NCBI GenBank assembly: GCA_027006055.1
Contig: JALTKX010000061.1
Span: 2,607 to 66,606, forward strand
Length of the DNA: 64,000 bases
Source: Calditrichia bacterium
GTDB taxonomy: Bacteria; Calditrichota; Calditrichia; Calditrichales; J004
Direction of reading: 5' to 3'
Both the position numbers and the translations under genes were made by a program. The first letter of the stretch is position 1, and each line of letters opens with the position of its first letter. This document shows, one piece after another, positions 18,329 to 28,441 of the stretch. The notes beneath the pieces are model-generated. The model did not search any database. It saw only the letters and a program-made list of their open reading frames with translations, and was not told the origin of the DNA.

Positions 18329-20632
18329 ATGTTGGGAAAGCTGAAAAAAGTATTCCGTATGAGTCCGGGTGAAATCCTTTTTCGCATCGGAGAGCAAATC
18401 CGCATCCGCCGGGAAAAGGCCAATGCCCGCAAGGAATTGAAAGAGGTTAGCAGTCCGGAGTTTAATTTTTTCGAAAAGGGACACGCGGACTGGTTTGAAA
18501 TGTATCGCTCTTCCGGGGTGCTTAAGTTGTGGGAAGATAAAGCGTTTTGCCGTAAGCTGGCCGCGCCCCTTGATGAAGAAAAGAAGGAGCGCTTTTGGCG
18601 GGACTATCGCCGCGAGGCGGAAGAAAGCCTGGCCCGCGCGGATAAATTTTTGGAGCATAAATTTTCGTTCCTGGGCGTTTCCTTTACCCTTCCCGACCCC
18701 ATTCCCTGGCAGTCGGACCCGCTAAGCCTGACGCCTTACCCGCAGGGCTTTTACCGCGACATTGATATCTTTACCAACAAGAATGCCGGGGATATCAAGC
18801 ATGTGTGGGAAGTAAACCGCCTGCAGTTTTTAATAGAACTGGCCAAGGCCGCCTGGCTGAGCGGGGAAGAAAAATATAGCGAAAAGCTGGAGGAGTGGCT
18901 TCTGGACTGGATCGATAAAAACCCCTACAAGCAGGGAGTGGCCTGGGCCAGCGCCCTGGAAGTGGGCGTGCGGGTTACCGCGCTGGTCTGGACACTGGAG
19001 TTTTACCGGGCCACGGAAAAACCGAAGCCCTATGTTATGGCGGCCATGCTTAAGCTGATCTATCTCAGCGGCAGCTATTTATATGAAAATCTTTCCATAT
19101 ACTTTAGCCCGTATAATCATCTGATCGGCGAGGCGGCCGGACTCTTTTTGGCCGGTTATCTGTTCCCCGGATTTCGTGACGCGCGCAAGTGGGAAAAACG
19201 CGCCTGGCAGGTACTGACCGATCAGATCGAAAAACAATTCCACTCCGATGGCGCCTCCGTGGAGCAGGCCTCCTTTTATCATCACTTTACACTGGGCTTT
19301 TATTTACAGGCGGTGGCGGTAAAAAAACTTAACGGTCAGAATGTACCCATCCCTATGACGGACAGGATGGAAAAGGCCCTGGAGTTTGCCATGTATATCC
19401 ACAAGCCGGATGGCGATATGCCGCATCTGGGGGATATCGACGATGCCCGCTCGATATATTTTGGCGATCCCACCCATTGGAATTTTGACGCCTGGCGGGC
19501 CATGGGCGCCGTCTGGTTTAAACGCCCCGATCTGAAATTCGGCCTGTCCCGGCTGCCGGAAGAGGCCTTTTGGCTGCTGGGGGAAGAGGATATACGGGCA
19601 TACCGGGCCCTGCGCGAGGCAACCCCGCAAAACACCGGCGTTTGGCTTAAGGAGAGTGGTTACGCCATTTTCCGAAACCATTATAATGAGGACGGGCACT
19701 ATGTCCATATGGACTGCGGGCCCATTGCCCACGGCGTCTATTATGATGATACCCCCTCGGCGGCGCACGGCCATGCCGATGAACTGGCTTTGGAACTGGC
19801 CTGTTTCGGCGAGTCCCATCTGGTAGACCCCGGCTTTTCCAACTACCGGGGCGACTTTAACTGGCACAGCTATTTCCGTAGCACGGCGTCCCACAACACC
19901 ATTGAAATCAATAATCGTTCACAGGCCCGGCAGGGCGGCATACTGGTTTGGAGCCGCGCGCCGCGCTATAAGCAACTGGCCTTTGTGAACGGAAAACGGC
20001 TAAAGGCTTTTTGCGGGGAACACTATGGCTATCACAGGCAGCCCGGCGCTCCGGTACACAGGCGCTACATGGCCTTTATCGATGACAGCTTTTGGCTGGT
20101 TTGGGATCATATCTATCCCGGGGAAGGGAAGGGACAAACCATTACCATCGCCGATCATTACCATTTTAACAGCGGCTTAAAGGTGGAGACCGGCCGGGAA
20201 GGACGAATTGAAAGCAGCGGCGAGAAATCCCGTCTTACCATCGCTTTGGCCGACGGATTAGAGGAGCCCTTTGACATCTCCCTGAAGGAAGGCGACGATG
20301 GTCCCGACGGCGGCTGGATTTCGCCAACCTACCGTGCCGTGCGCCCCGCGCCGCTGGTATGCGTTAAGCGCGAGATACACCCGCCTTACAATCTGCTTAA
20401 AGTTATGCTTCCCGAAGAAAAGAACGGCGGACGGAAGACACGTGTGGAAAAAGCAGGAACGGGCTTTGACATAGGGATGGGCGACGCCGTGTACCGGGTG
20501 CGTTTAAGCACGGAACCGGCCTTCCGGGTAACCGTGGAGGGCGAGGGCCAAATATTTGAACTGAACAGCGCCTCCGGGGAGGAGCTGATCCGGGAAACAC
20601 GGACGGCAGCCCCGGTCACTGAAACCGAATAA
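18329..20632 (+). CDS. Heparinase II/III-family protein with no visible signal peptide
   Basis: 767 aa. An alpha/alpha-toroid-like N-terminal half and 'HGHADELALEL...SHNT' in the beta-sandwich half, as in heparinase II/III-like proteins. The N-terminus is charged, not hydrophobic. Confidence 0.65.
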   Translation: MLGKLKKVFRMSPGEILFRIGEQIRIRREKANARKELKEVSSPEFNFFEKGHADWFEMYRSSGVLKLWEDKAFCRKLAAPLDEEKKERFWRDYRREAEESLARADKFLEHKFSFLGVSFTLPDPIPWQSDPLSLTPYPQGFYRDIDIFTNKNAGDIKHVWEVNRLQFLIELAKAAWLSGEEKYSEKLEEWLLDWIDKNPYKQGVAWASALEVGVRVTALVWTLEFYRATEKPKPYVMAAMLKLIYLSGSYLYENLSIYFSPYNHLIGEAAGLFLAGYLFPGFRDARKWEKRAWQVLTDQIEKQFHSDGASVEQASFYHHFTLGFYLQAVAVKKLNGQNVPIPMTDRMEKALEFAMYIHKPDGDMPHLGDIDDARSIYFGDPTHWNFDAWRAMGAVWFKRPDLKFGLSRLPEEAFWLLGEEDIRAYRALREATPQNTGVWLKESGYAIFRNHYNEDGHYVHMDCGPIAHGVYYDDTPSAAHGHADELALELACFGESHLVDPGFSNYRGDFNWHSYFRSTASHNTIEINNRSQARQGGILVWSRAPRYKQLAFVNGKRLKAFCGEHYGYHRQPGAPVHRRYMAFIDDSFWLVWDHIYPGEGKGQTITIADHYHFNSGLKVETGREGRIESSGEKSRLTIALADGLEEPFDISLKEGDDGPDGGWISPTYRAVRPAPLVCVKREIHPPYNLLKVMLPEEKNGGRKTRVEKAGTGFDIGMGDAVYRVRLSTEPAFRVTVEGEGQIFELNSASGEELIRETRTAAPVTETE

Positions 20633-20653
20633 TATGAAAGACAGGGAACGATA

Positions 20654-21724
20654 ATGAAGGAAAAACCGACAAAAGTACTCCACATCACCTCCTATCCGCC
20701 GCCGCGCGCGGGTTGGGGCATGCGCGTTTATTTTTTAAAAAAGGAAATGGAAAAAAACGGCGATATCTGCGAAGTGCTTAATATCGGCAAGGGACGTTTT
20801 TTAACGGACAGGGATTTTGTGCCGGTACTGGGCAGCCTGGACTATGTGAAAAAAGTGTTCCGTTTCCGCCTGAAAGGCTATCTGATTCACCACCATCTGA
20901 ACGGAGATTCTCCCAAGGGCTTTGTACTGACCCTGTTGTCGCTGACCATCAGCCTGCTTACCCTGCGCCGTCCGGTGATTACCTTTCATGCCGGGCCCGT
21001 GCAGCTCTATTTCCCCAAACATAAGGGGCCGAAACTCACGCCGGTATATAAATATATTTTTACCGTTGCCAAATACATTGTGTGTAACAACGAGGCGGTC
21101 AAAAAAAATATTATGAGTTACGGCATCCCCGGGGAGAAGATATTTCCCATACAGGCCTTCAGCAGGCAATATATGGAGTATGAAGAGCAGAAACTCGATC
21201 CGGAACTGGAAAGGATTTTTGAACGGCACTTTCCGGTAATCGCCTGCTACGCGGCTTACCGTCCCGAGTTTTTTCTGGAGGATATGGTGGTGGCCTTTGC
21301 CCGTTTTCATCGCAAAAACCCCGATAGCCGCCTGGTGATGCTGGGTCAGACCCTGGGTTCCGAGGCGATAAAGGAACAAATGGAACAAGAGGGCATTCTG
21401 GATGCTGTCTTTTTTGCCGGCGATCTGGATCATGATGAGTTTTTAACCCTGTTGAGCAAGGCGACCCTCTATTTGCGCACGCCGTTTAAAGATGGCGTCA
21501 GCAGCTCCGTTCTGGAGTCCCTGACCCTTAATACGCCCGTGGTGGCCTGTGAAAACGGTTCCCGGCCGGAAGGGGTGATCACCTATGAGAACCGCAATAT
21601 TGACGATATGGTTAATACCCTGCAGGATACGGTGGACCGCATCGATGAGATAAAGGCCGCGCTGAACCCGCCGCCCATCCCGGATACGGTGAGCGTGGAA
21701 ATTGACTTAATCAGAAAAGCATGA
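20654..21724 (+). CDS. GT-B glycosyltransferase (GT4-like)
   Basis: 356 aa. 'VLHITSYPPP' N-terminus. C-terminal 'SSSVLESLTLNTPVVACENG'. Confidence 0.65.
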   Translation: MKEKPTKVLHITSYPPPRAGWGMRVYFLKKEMEKNGDICEVLNIGKGRFLTDRDFVPVLGSLDYVKKVFRFRLKGYLIHHHLNGDSPKGFVLTLLSLTISLLTLRRPVITFHAGPVQLYFPKHKGPKLTPVYKYIFTVAKYIVCNNEAVKKNIMSYGIPGEKIFPIQAFSRQYMEYEEQKLDPELERIFERHFPVIACYAAYRPEFFLEDMVVAFARFHRKNPDSRLVMLGQTLGSEAIKEQMEQEGILDAVFFAGDLDHDEFLTLLSKATLYLRTPFKDGVSSSVLESLTLNTPVVACENGSRPEGVITYENRNIDDMVNTLQDTVDRIDEIKAALNPPPIPDTVSVEIDLIRKA

Positions 21725-22917
21725 GTATAAGGAGCGGGGAACAGCGGATGCGTATTTTATACCACCACCGGACCCTTGGCGACGGCGCCGAAGGGATCCA
21801 CATACAGTCGATCGTAAATTGTCTTAAGGAACTGGGGCATGAGGTAAAAGTGGTTTCCCTGGTCGGGGAAAAAACAGAATTCCGCAGCTCTCAGGTTGCG
21901 CGGGAATCTAAATGGGATAAGATTAAAAACATCATTCCCCGTCCCGTTTACGAACTGGCCGAGATTGCCTATAATATAAAAGGCAAGGCTATGCTGATGA
22001 AAGCCATTGGCGAATTCAAGCCGGATATCATCTATGACCGCTATGCCCATTTTAGTTTTTCCGCCTTGTGGGCGGCTAAAAAAAGCGGCCTGCCTCTTAT
22101 CCTGGAGGTGAACTCGCCCTATTCGATTCAAAAACGGCAATGGGAAAAACTCTATTTTCCCGGATTGTCAAAAATGGGTGAGCGTAAGATTTTTGAGGCG
22201 GCTCCCAAAATTATCGTCGTATCCAGTCCGTTAAAGCAGATTATCGCCGACTATGGCGTGGATGACGGCAAGGTGGTTGTGTTGCCCAACGGCACCGATC
22301 CCGACCGCTTTGACCCCTCTCTGGACGCCTCCGGCTTAAAAAAAGAACTGGGTCTGGAAGGCAAAACCATTTTGGGCTTTGTGGGCATTTTGCGCAGTTG
22401 GCATAATATAGATAAGCTGATCAACATTCTGGAAGAGATCGATCTGGAAAAGAAGAACGCGGCCATGGTCTTTTTAGGCGACGGGCCCAGCTATGAGGAA
22501 CTGCGGGCCTATAACAAGGAAAAAGGCAATGAGAAGGTGATCCGGTTTATGGGACGTATTCCCCATAAGGATATTCAAAAATATGTGGCCATGTTTGACG
22601 TGGCCATCAGTCCCCATGCCACGCCCTATTCCTCGCCGATGAAGATACTGGAATACATGGCCATGGAAAAGGCCATACTGGCGCCCGATATGCCCAATAT
22701 AAAAGATTTGATCCTCGACAACGAAACCGGCGTGCTCTTTACGCCCGACAGCGCGGAATCTCTGCGGGAAAAGCTGCTCACGCTTATCGCGGACGCCGGC
22801 TTGAGGGAACGACTGGGCAAGAAGGCGCGTAAGGAGGTGCTGCGGCGTTTTACCTGGATGGAGAATGCACGCAAAACCGCGGAGATAGCGGAAGGAATGC
22901 TAAAAAAGGCAAAGTGA
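21721..22917 (+). CDS. Family-4 glycosyltransferase
   Basis: 398 aa. An alternative start at 21748 gives MRILYHH.... It has 'ISPHATPYSSPMKILEYMAMEKAILAP' and an ATGA overlap with the upstream gene. Confidence 0.85.
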   Translation: MSIRSGEQRMRILYHHRTLGDGAEGIHIQSIVNCLKELGHEVKVVSLVGEKTEFRSSQVARESKWDKIKNIIPRPVYELAEIAYNIKGKAMLMKAIGEFKPDIIYDRYAHFSFSALWAAKKSGLPLILEVNSPYSIQKRQWEKLYFPGLSKMGERKIFEAAPKIIVVSSPLKQIIADYGVDDGKVVVLPNGTDPDRFDPSLDASGLKKELGLEGKTILGFVGILRSWHNIDKLINILEEIDLEKKNAAMVFLGDGPSYEELRAYNKEKGNEKVIRFMGRIPHKDIQKYVAMFDVAISPHATPYSSPMKILEYMAMEKAILAPDMPNIKDLILDNETGVLFTPDSAESLREKLLTLIADAGLRERLGKKARKEVLRRFTWMENARKTAEIAEGMLKKAK

Positions 22918-23034
22918 GTAAAACATGCACAATGGAAAATAGTGCGTCTAAGGAACCCTGTGTTGTCAGGGGAATTTAATCTGGCATTCCATTTGTAGGA
23001 CATTCCTTCCTTTAGGAGAAAAAAAGGATTTCGT

Positions 23035-25545
23035 ATGAAAAAGTTCAGGCATCTGTTTATCGTTTTATTTTGTTTAACCGCCCCGCTGATGGCGTTGGAC
23101 CCCAAAACGGGCAGTCCGTTGCAAAAAGGGGTGCACCCGAGGCTCTATTTAACGGAGGAGACCATCCCCGAAATTCGTCAGGTGATCGGGGATAACTTCC
23201 GCTCTAATTTTCAGCAATATGTCAACTGGGCGGCCAATGCCAATGATAACGACAGCTATAACATCCTGCACGAGGCGGGGCATGATCCGACGCGGGCGCT
23301 GATGATTCACCAGGCTTTTATCGCCGCCCTGGGGCAGGTACCCGGCATCAGCTATCCCATCTCTTTTGAGGACTATGCCCGCCGGGCCATCAACCGGCTG
23401 ATCAGCAGGCTCAATGCCGGCGATAACCTCTCCTACGCGGCGGCCATGACGGCGGACTGGACATACAACTTTCAAACAAGCAGCGAACGCACGCAAATTG
23501 CCAATCTGATGCTCGACCGGAAAATAACGCACAAGGTGTTTGATCATTCCATTAAAAATCCGCAGATAAACCCGGAACAGATGTTTAGCAGTAAATATTA
23601 CGAGACCAACTATGCCTGGTATCAGGCGCTGGCCTTTTGGGGCGACGGCCGCATTGACGCCGAGGCCGATAATGCCGCGGACACCTTTTATGACGATATG
23701 CTCAACTATGGCTATCTGGACGCAGCCAATTTTGTGGCCGGGGAGTGGGGCGGCTTTTCCGAGTGGATCGGCTATACCAGCTGGCACCCGCGTACCCACA
23801 TGCTCAACCTGGATGGCTGGCATACGGCCACCGGCGAGGATTATGTTTCCACCGAGGGGACAACCGCCGGCAATGCCCTTAAGAACTATCCCAAATTTAT
23901 GCGTTATGCCATGGACCCGCACCGCTATTTTAACGAATTCTATACCTATCTGCGCATGGGCAGCGCCGAGGCCACGGACCCATCCTTCCGCCACCGCTCC
24001 ATGCGTGAACAGATTTATTATCTGGGCGGCGTGCTGCATCGCGCCGGTTTGGATGACGAGGCCGGGCTGATCCGCGATATGATTGAAAAATACAATGTGA
24101 CCTGGCCCAATTATGAGCACCAATGGCTGTATGTTTGGCTGGGGATTTACAAGGCGGTTGCCCCAAAAACCCCGGAAGAGTTAAACTTCCCCCGCTATAT
24201 CTGGAATCAGCATCTGGGGGTTTTTTATGCCCGCACCGGCTTCAACAGCCCGGCCGACGGCGTGTTTGCCGCCATGGACGGACATTATCGTTATGACGGC
24301 CATCAGGGCGCCGAGGACTATTCCGGCTTTATCCTGACCAAGTTTGGCACGCTGGTCAATACCCGGCACGTGGCCCACCGGAACTATGGCAACCTGAACA
24401 ACTATCCCGGCGGCTATGAGGAAAACACCATATTCTTTGAGGGCGGCTACCGCCAGACCTTTCAGACCATGGATACCCCGAAGGAGTTGAAGGACGCCAT
24501 AAACGGCGTGGGCAACTACGACCATGGCGGTTTGGAGCAATTGATCGCCAGGGACGGTTATTTTTACCATATGCGTTCCCGGCGCGACCGCGAGCTTTCT
24601 TCCGGCGCCAAACACACCCGGGAATATGTCTGGCTTCCCGGCAGCGATCCGGAAAATGATTCGGACTTTCTGGTGATTTACGACCGGGCCTCCGCCCCGA
24701 CCAAAGCGCAGTTTGTTTATCACGTTCCATGGAAACCTTCCGTGGCCGCCTACAACAGCGGCCCTCAGGATATCAGCACGGGCAGTGGTGAAAGCGACCG
24801 CATCGGTGACCGTTACAGCGGGGCGAATCTTTTGGTGAAGGCCCTGAACGGCACCGGCGGCGAAAAGGACAGCGAGGGCGGCAAGCAGGACTATGTGGGC
24901 GGCGCCAATGCCCACGGCGTGGCCTTTGTTAAAAACCTGCTTCCCAATGATGTGAATGTGGAAGTGACCCGCGTGGCCCGCTTTGATAGCGATGTGATCA
25001 AAAGACAACATGAACTGGCCATTAAAACCCACCGCTGGCAGGTGGCCGTTATCCCGAGGCAGCTGAATACCGACGAACGCTTTTTGCATGTTTTTCAGAC
25101 GGGAGACGCCAACAAGGTGAACGCCATGACCGCCACCAGCCTTATTGAGGTTGGCAACACGATGCAGGGGGTATTTATAGAAAAGGAAAGCGGCGCCCGT
25201 CCCAATTATGTGGTTCTGTTTAATAAGGCCAACGGCCCCAACACCAATACGGTAACCTATTCGGTTAGCGGCAGCGGCGTTCTGCGTCATGTAATCACCG
25301 GCCTGGAGCCGCGTACCACCTACGAGGTGGAAGACGCTCTGGGATCGGGCACAACCGTTACCAGCGTGGTTACGGAGCCGATGGTGCAAACCTGGGATTA
25401 CAGGGGTGTGGATAGCGTTACCAAAACGGGAACGCTCTATTTTGAAACAACCCTGAACGGAAATCATCGTTTTATTATTACAAAATCCGGCCAGCAGGAC
25501 AATACCCCGCCGGCAAAACCTTCCGGATTTAACATCAAACCCTGA
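23035..25545 (+). CDS. Large secreted protein, possibly a heparinase/alginate-lyase-fold polysaccharide lyase
   Basis: 836 aa. Signal peptide 'MKKFRHLFIVLFCLTAPLMAL'. 'HPRLYLTEETIPEIRQ' resembles the N-terminal motif of heparinase II/III- or DUF4962-type proteins. No T9SS C-terminal domain was recognised. The CDS itself is confident; the function is weak. Confidence 0.45.
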   Translation: MKKFRHLFIVLFCLTAPLMALDPKTGSPLQKGVHPRLYLTEETIPEIRQVIGDNFRSNFQQYVNWAANANDNDSYNILHEAGHDPTRALMIHQAFIAALGQVPGISYPISFEDYARRAINRLISRLNAGDNLSYAAAMTADWTYNFQTSSERTQIANLMLDRKITHKVFDHSIKNPQINPEQMFSSKYYETNYAWYQALAFWGDGRIDAEADNAADTFYDDMLNYGYLDAANFVAGEWGGFSEWIGYTSWHPRTHMLNLDGWHTATGEDYVSTEGTTAGNALKNYPKFMRYAMDPHRYFNEFYTYLRMGSAEATDPSFRHRSMREQIYYLGGVLHRAGLDDEAGLIRDMIEKYNVTWPNYEHQWLYVWLGIYKAVAPKTPEELNFPRYIWNQHLGVFYARTGFNSPADGVFAAMDGHYRYDGHQGAEDYSGFILTKFGTLVNTRHVAHRNYGNLNNYPGGYEENTIFFEGGYRQTFQTMDTPKELKDAINGVGNYDHGGLEQLIARDGYFYHMRSRRDRELSSGAKHTREYVWLPGSDPENDSDFLVIYDRASAPTKAQFVYHVPWKPSVAAYNSGPQDISTGSGESDRIGDRYSGANLLVKALNGTGGEKDSEGGKQDYVGGANAHGVAFVKNLLPNDVNVEVTRVARFDSDVIKRQHELAIKTHRWQVAVIPRQLNTDERFLHVFQTGDANKVNAMTATSLIEVGNTMQGVFIEKESGARPNYVVLFNKANGPNTNTVTYSVSGSGVLRHVITGLEPRTTYEVEDALGSGTTVTSVVTEPMVQTWDYRGVDSVTKTGTLYFETTLNGNHRFIITKSGQQDNTPPAKPSGFNIKP

Positions 25546-25565
25546 AACGATTCCCCGGAAAGCTT

Positions 25566-26534
25566 ATGGATAAGACAATCTATTTTTTGGTAACCATCGA
25601 TACCGAGGAAGAACGGGAATGGGGCAGTGACTATAAAGATCATACCCATTACACGGTGGAAAACATAAAGTGGCTGGATCCCTTGCAGGAACTGTTTAAC
25701 CGCCATGGCGTCCGGCCGACCTATCTTATCGACTATCCCGTGGCCATCAATAACGAGGCCACAACCATCCTGAAGAGGTTTGCCGACGATTTCGGCGCGG
25801 AGATTGGCACGCACCTGCATCCCTGGGTTAATCCCCCTTACCGGGAGGAGCCGGGGGTAAAGAACTCCTTTACGCATAACCTGCCGGTTGAATTGCAATT
25901 TGAAAAAATGAAAGTGCTTACGGAAGCAATTGCCGGGGCCGTGGGCAGCCGCCCGGTAACCTACCGCGCGGGACGCTACGGTTTTGACGCAAGCACCATT
26001 CCCGTTTTGGAAGAGCTGGGCTATACGGTGGATACCAGCGTGGTTCCCTTCCGGCGCGGTAAAAAAAGCTTTGAACCCTCATTCGGTTATCTTCCCGATA
26101 TTGAACCCTATCGCCTGGACTATAAGGATGTTTGCCGCGCGGGTCAGGCCAAATTGCTGGAAGTTCCCTTGACGGTGGGTTTTAATAAAAAAGTGCCGGG
26201 AATTCTTGAGGCAAACTATCTGGATTTGCCCAATATTGGCATTCGCCGCGTTTTAAGCAAAGTGTTCGATGTGGATATGTTCTGGCTGCGTCCATCCTAT
26301 GCCGGCCTGACGGCCATGCTGCAACTTAGCCGCACCATGATTGCCAGGGGACACACCTTTTTAAATATGATGTTTCATTCCAATGAACTGATGCCCGGCG
26401 GTTCCAAATATTGTAAAACCGAAGAGGACGTCGGCAACTATCTTCAGCGGCTTGACCGCTACTTTGATGCTTTGAACCAAGAATTTTCCATTCGTTATGT
26501 TACACTAAGGGAGATGGACGGCCTGTATAAATAG
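25566..26534 (+). CDS. Polysaccharide deacetylase-like (WalW-type beta/alpha-barrel) protein
   Basis: 322 aa. 'FLVTIDTEEEREWG' and 'GTHLHPW' resemble the deacetylase/GH57-like fold family. Recalled similarity only. Confidence 0.45.
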   Translation: MDKTIYFLVTIDTEEEREWGSDYKDHTHYTVENIKWLDPLQELFNRHGVRPTYLIDYPVAINNEATTILKRFADDFGAEIGTHLHPWVNPPYREEPGVKNSFTHNLPVELQFEKMKVLTEAIAGAVGSRPVTYRAGRYGFDASTIPVLEELGYTVDTSVVPFRRGKKSFEPSFGYLPDIEPYRLDYKDVCRAGQAKLLEVPLTVGFNKKVPGILEANYLDLPNIGIRRVLSKVFDVDMFWLRPSYAGLTAMLQLSRTMIARGHTFLNMMFHSNELMPGGSKYCKTEEDVGNYLQRLDRYFDALNQEFSIRYVTLREMDGLYK

Positions 26535-26575
26535 AGCGGCCCGTCCCTTGTTCTCCTTCATACTCCCGGAATCTT

Positions 26576-27523
26576 ATGACTATACTTTTAACCGGTTCGA
26601 ACGGTTTTATCGGCAGTCATTTTTTAAAGGCCCTGCTGCTGCGGGGGCATACGGTCATTGCGCCGGTGCGTCCCTCCTCGGCCCCGGCCCTTAAAAAACG
26701 GAATCTGCCCGGCCTTGTTGTGGTGGAAGGTTTTTTTGGCGACGCCGCTTTTCTGGAAGGCATAAAACAACCGGTGGACGCCATTGTGCATCTGGCGGCC
26801 ATCCGCGGCGCGGGCGCCGGGGCCGCCGATGACTATCAGCGCGTAAATGTGGATGGCACGCGCGCCCTGCTGGCCTGGGCCGTTTCCCGCGGAGTTTCCC
26901 GCTTTATCCATTGCAGTACCGTGGGCGTTTTAGGCACCATACCGGCCCGGCTGCCCGCTTCCGCCGCCGATGAGCCCGCGCCGGACGGGCCTTACCATCA
27001 AAGCAAATTTCAGGCGGAGCAACTGGTGCGGCGCGCCCACTCCTCCAGGATTCAAACCCTTGTTCTGCGGCCCACCATCACCTATGGCGCCGGGGATAAC
27101 GGCTTTGTACCGAGGATGATACGCATGGTGCGCAGGCGCATATTTATACTGCCATCCCGGGATGTACACATGCATTTACTGTCCGTTACCCATTTTGCCG
27201 GTTTATGCGTTTCCATCCTGAACGCGGAGCGTGGCTGGGGCGGGATCTATCATGTGGCCGACCGGGAAAAAGTCTCCCTGAAAAAACTGGTCGATTTAAT
27301 CTCGCAAAAATTAACAAAAAAGCCATATCCCCGATTATTGCAATCGCCCGTCGGGCTATATCACGCCGCCAGCGGATTGCTGGGCGCCGCCGGCCGTTCC
27401 GGGCTGAAGACCAGCATCGAACTTATCAGCCGCGACTGGTATTACGATATCGCCCCGACGGTGGAGATTTTGCAATACAAACCGGGAGATACCCTTGAAG
27501 AAGTGGGAGAAATGTTATCATGA
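26576..27523 (+). CDS. NAD-dependent sugar epimerase/dehydratase (extended SDR)
   Basis: 315 aa. Rossmann motif 'LLTGSNGFIGSH' and catalytic 'YHQSK' (YxxxK). Confidence 0.85.
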   Translation: MTILLTGSNGFIGSHFLKALLLRGHTVIAPVRPSSAPALKKRNLPGLVVVEGFFGDAAFLEGIKQPVDAIVHLAAIRGAGAGAADDYQRVNVDGTRALLAWAVSRGVSRFIHCSTVGVLGTIPARLPASAADEPAPDGPYHQSKFQAEQLVRRAHSSRIQTLVLRPTITYGAGDNGFVPRMIRMVRRRIFILPSRDVHMHLLSVTHFAGLCVSILNAERGWGGIYHVADREKVSLKKLVDLISQKLTKKPYPRLLQSPVGLYHAASGLLGAAGRSGLKTSIELISRDWYYDIAPTVEILQYKPGDTLEEVGEMLS

Positions 27524-28386
27524 GCCAAGCTGAGAACCCTTCAACCCTGCTTAGCGTGCTCGATACCTGGCCAAGCTATTTTGACACCATGGACGAAGGC
27601 ATCGGCACGACCTATGAGCGTTTTATTTTACATCGCTATTTTGAGAACCTGGCCCGCGATTTTGGCGTGGAGTCGGTTTTGGAAGTACCCAGCTTTGGCA
27701 TGACGGGCGTTTCGGGCATTAACAGCCTGTGGTGGTCCCATAAGGGGATTACGCCGGTTGTGCTGGATAACAATGACGAACGCATCGCCCTGTCGCAAAA
27801 GGTTTGGGATGCCATTCCCCTGCCGGTTGATTTTAAAAAGGTGGATAATTTTGAAACGCTGGATTTTGAGGACAAGCGTTTTGATCTCAGCTGGAATTTT
27901 GCCAGCCTGTGGTTTGTCCCGGATATCCCGCGCTTTGTGGCCGAGCTGTGCCGGGTGACGCGCAAGGTGGTGTTTATCTGCGTGCCCAACACCCATGGTT
28001 TTGGCTATCATCTGCGAACCGCCTTTAATAAGGAAGTTATCCCGGATTTCTATCTGGATCATATTCAGCCGAAGAAATTTGTACCCTATTTTGAAGGGCA
28101 CGGCTGGAAAAAAAGAGCCTCCGGCTACCTGGATATTCCGCCCTGGCCGGATATTGCCATGAAAAAGGAAGATATGCTTTCCAAGGTCGGACTGGGATTT
28201 TTGCTGAAAAAAGGCGATCAACAGGACGAAACGCCTTTTGAAAAAAAATGTATTGTTGACTGGTTTAGCGGTAAGAACCCCAATCTGGAGAAAGAGATAT
28301 TAAAATATGATTTTCTGGAAAAAGTACCGGCGCCGGTTAAGCAGGTATGGGGACACCACCGCTGGTTTATTTTTACGCCAAAATGA
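27520..28386 (+). CDS. Putative class-I SAM-dependent methyltransferase (atypical motif I)
   Basis: 288 aa. 'VLEVPSFGMTGVSG' sits at the motif-I position and 'FDLSWNFASLWFVPD' at the motif-II position. ATGA overlap with the upstream gene. Confidence 0.45.
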   Translation: MSQAENPSTLLSVLDTWPSYFDTMDEGIGTTYERFILHRYFENLARDFGVESVLEVPSFGMTGVSGINSLWWSHKGITPVVLDNNDERIALSQKVWDAIPLPVDFKKVDNFETLDFEDKRFDLSWNFASLWFVPDIPRFVAELCRVTRKVVFICVPNTHGFGYHLRTAFNKEVIPDFYLDHIQPKKFVPYFEGHGWKKRASGYLDIPPWPDIAMKKEDMLSKVGLGFLLKKGDQQDETPFEKKCIVDWFSGKNPNLEKEILKYDFLEKVPAPVKQVWGHHRWFIFTPK

Positions 28387-28441
28387 GCATGAGGCCCTAA
28401 TCGTTTATAAATCGGCAAAAAGCCCTCAATAAAGGATATCC

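Noticed and set aside
22956-22971. A small hairpin (ccctg/caggg) in the 117-nt gap before the secreted 836-aa protein gene.
   Set aside because: It has a 5-bp stem and no U-tract, which is insufficient for a terminator call. I could not support a promoter motif in this gap either.
23149-25467. Long antisense ORFs opposite well-supported genes. Examples: 24181-25467 (-) 428 aa, 23149-24123 (-) 324 aa, 29854-30894 (-) 346 aa, 16396-17196 (-) 266 aa, 32641-33441 (-) 266 aa, 61127-62059 (+) 310 aa and 966-1499 (-).
   Set aside because: Their translations are low-complexity and rich in G, R, H, P and A, with no recognisable motifs. Each lies fully inside a motif-rich CDS on the other strand. These are typical shadow ORFs produced by codon bias.
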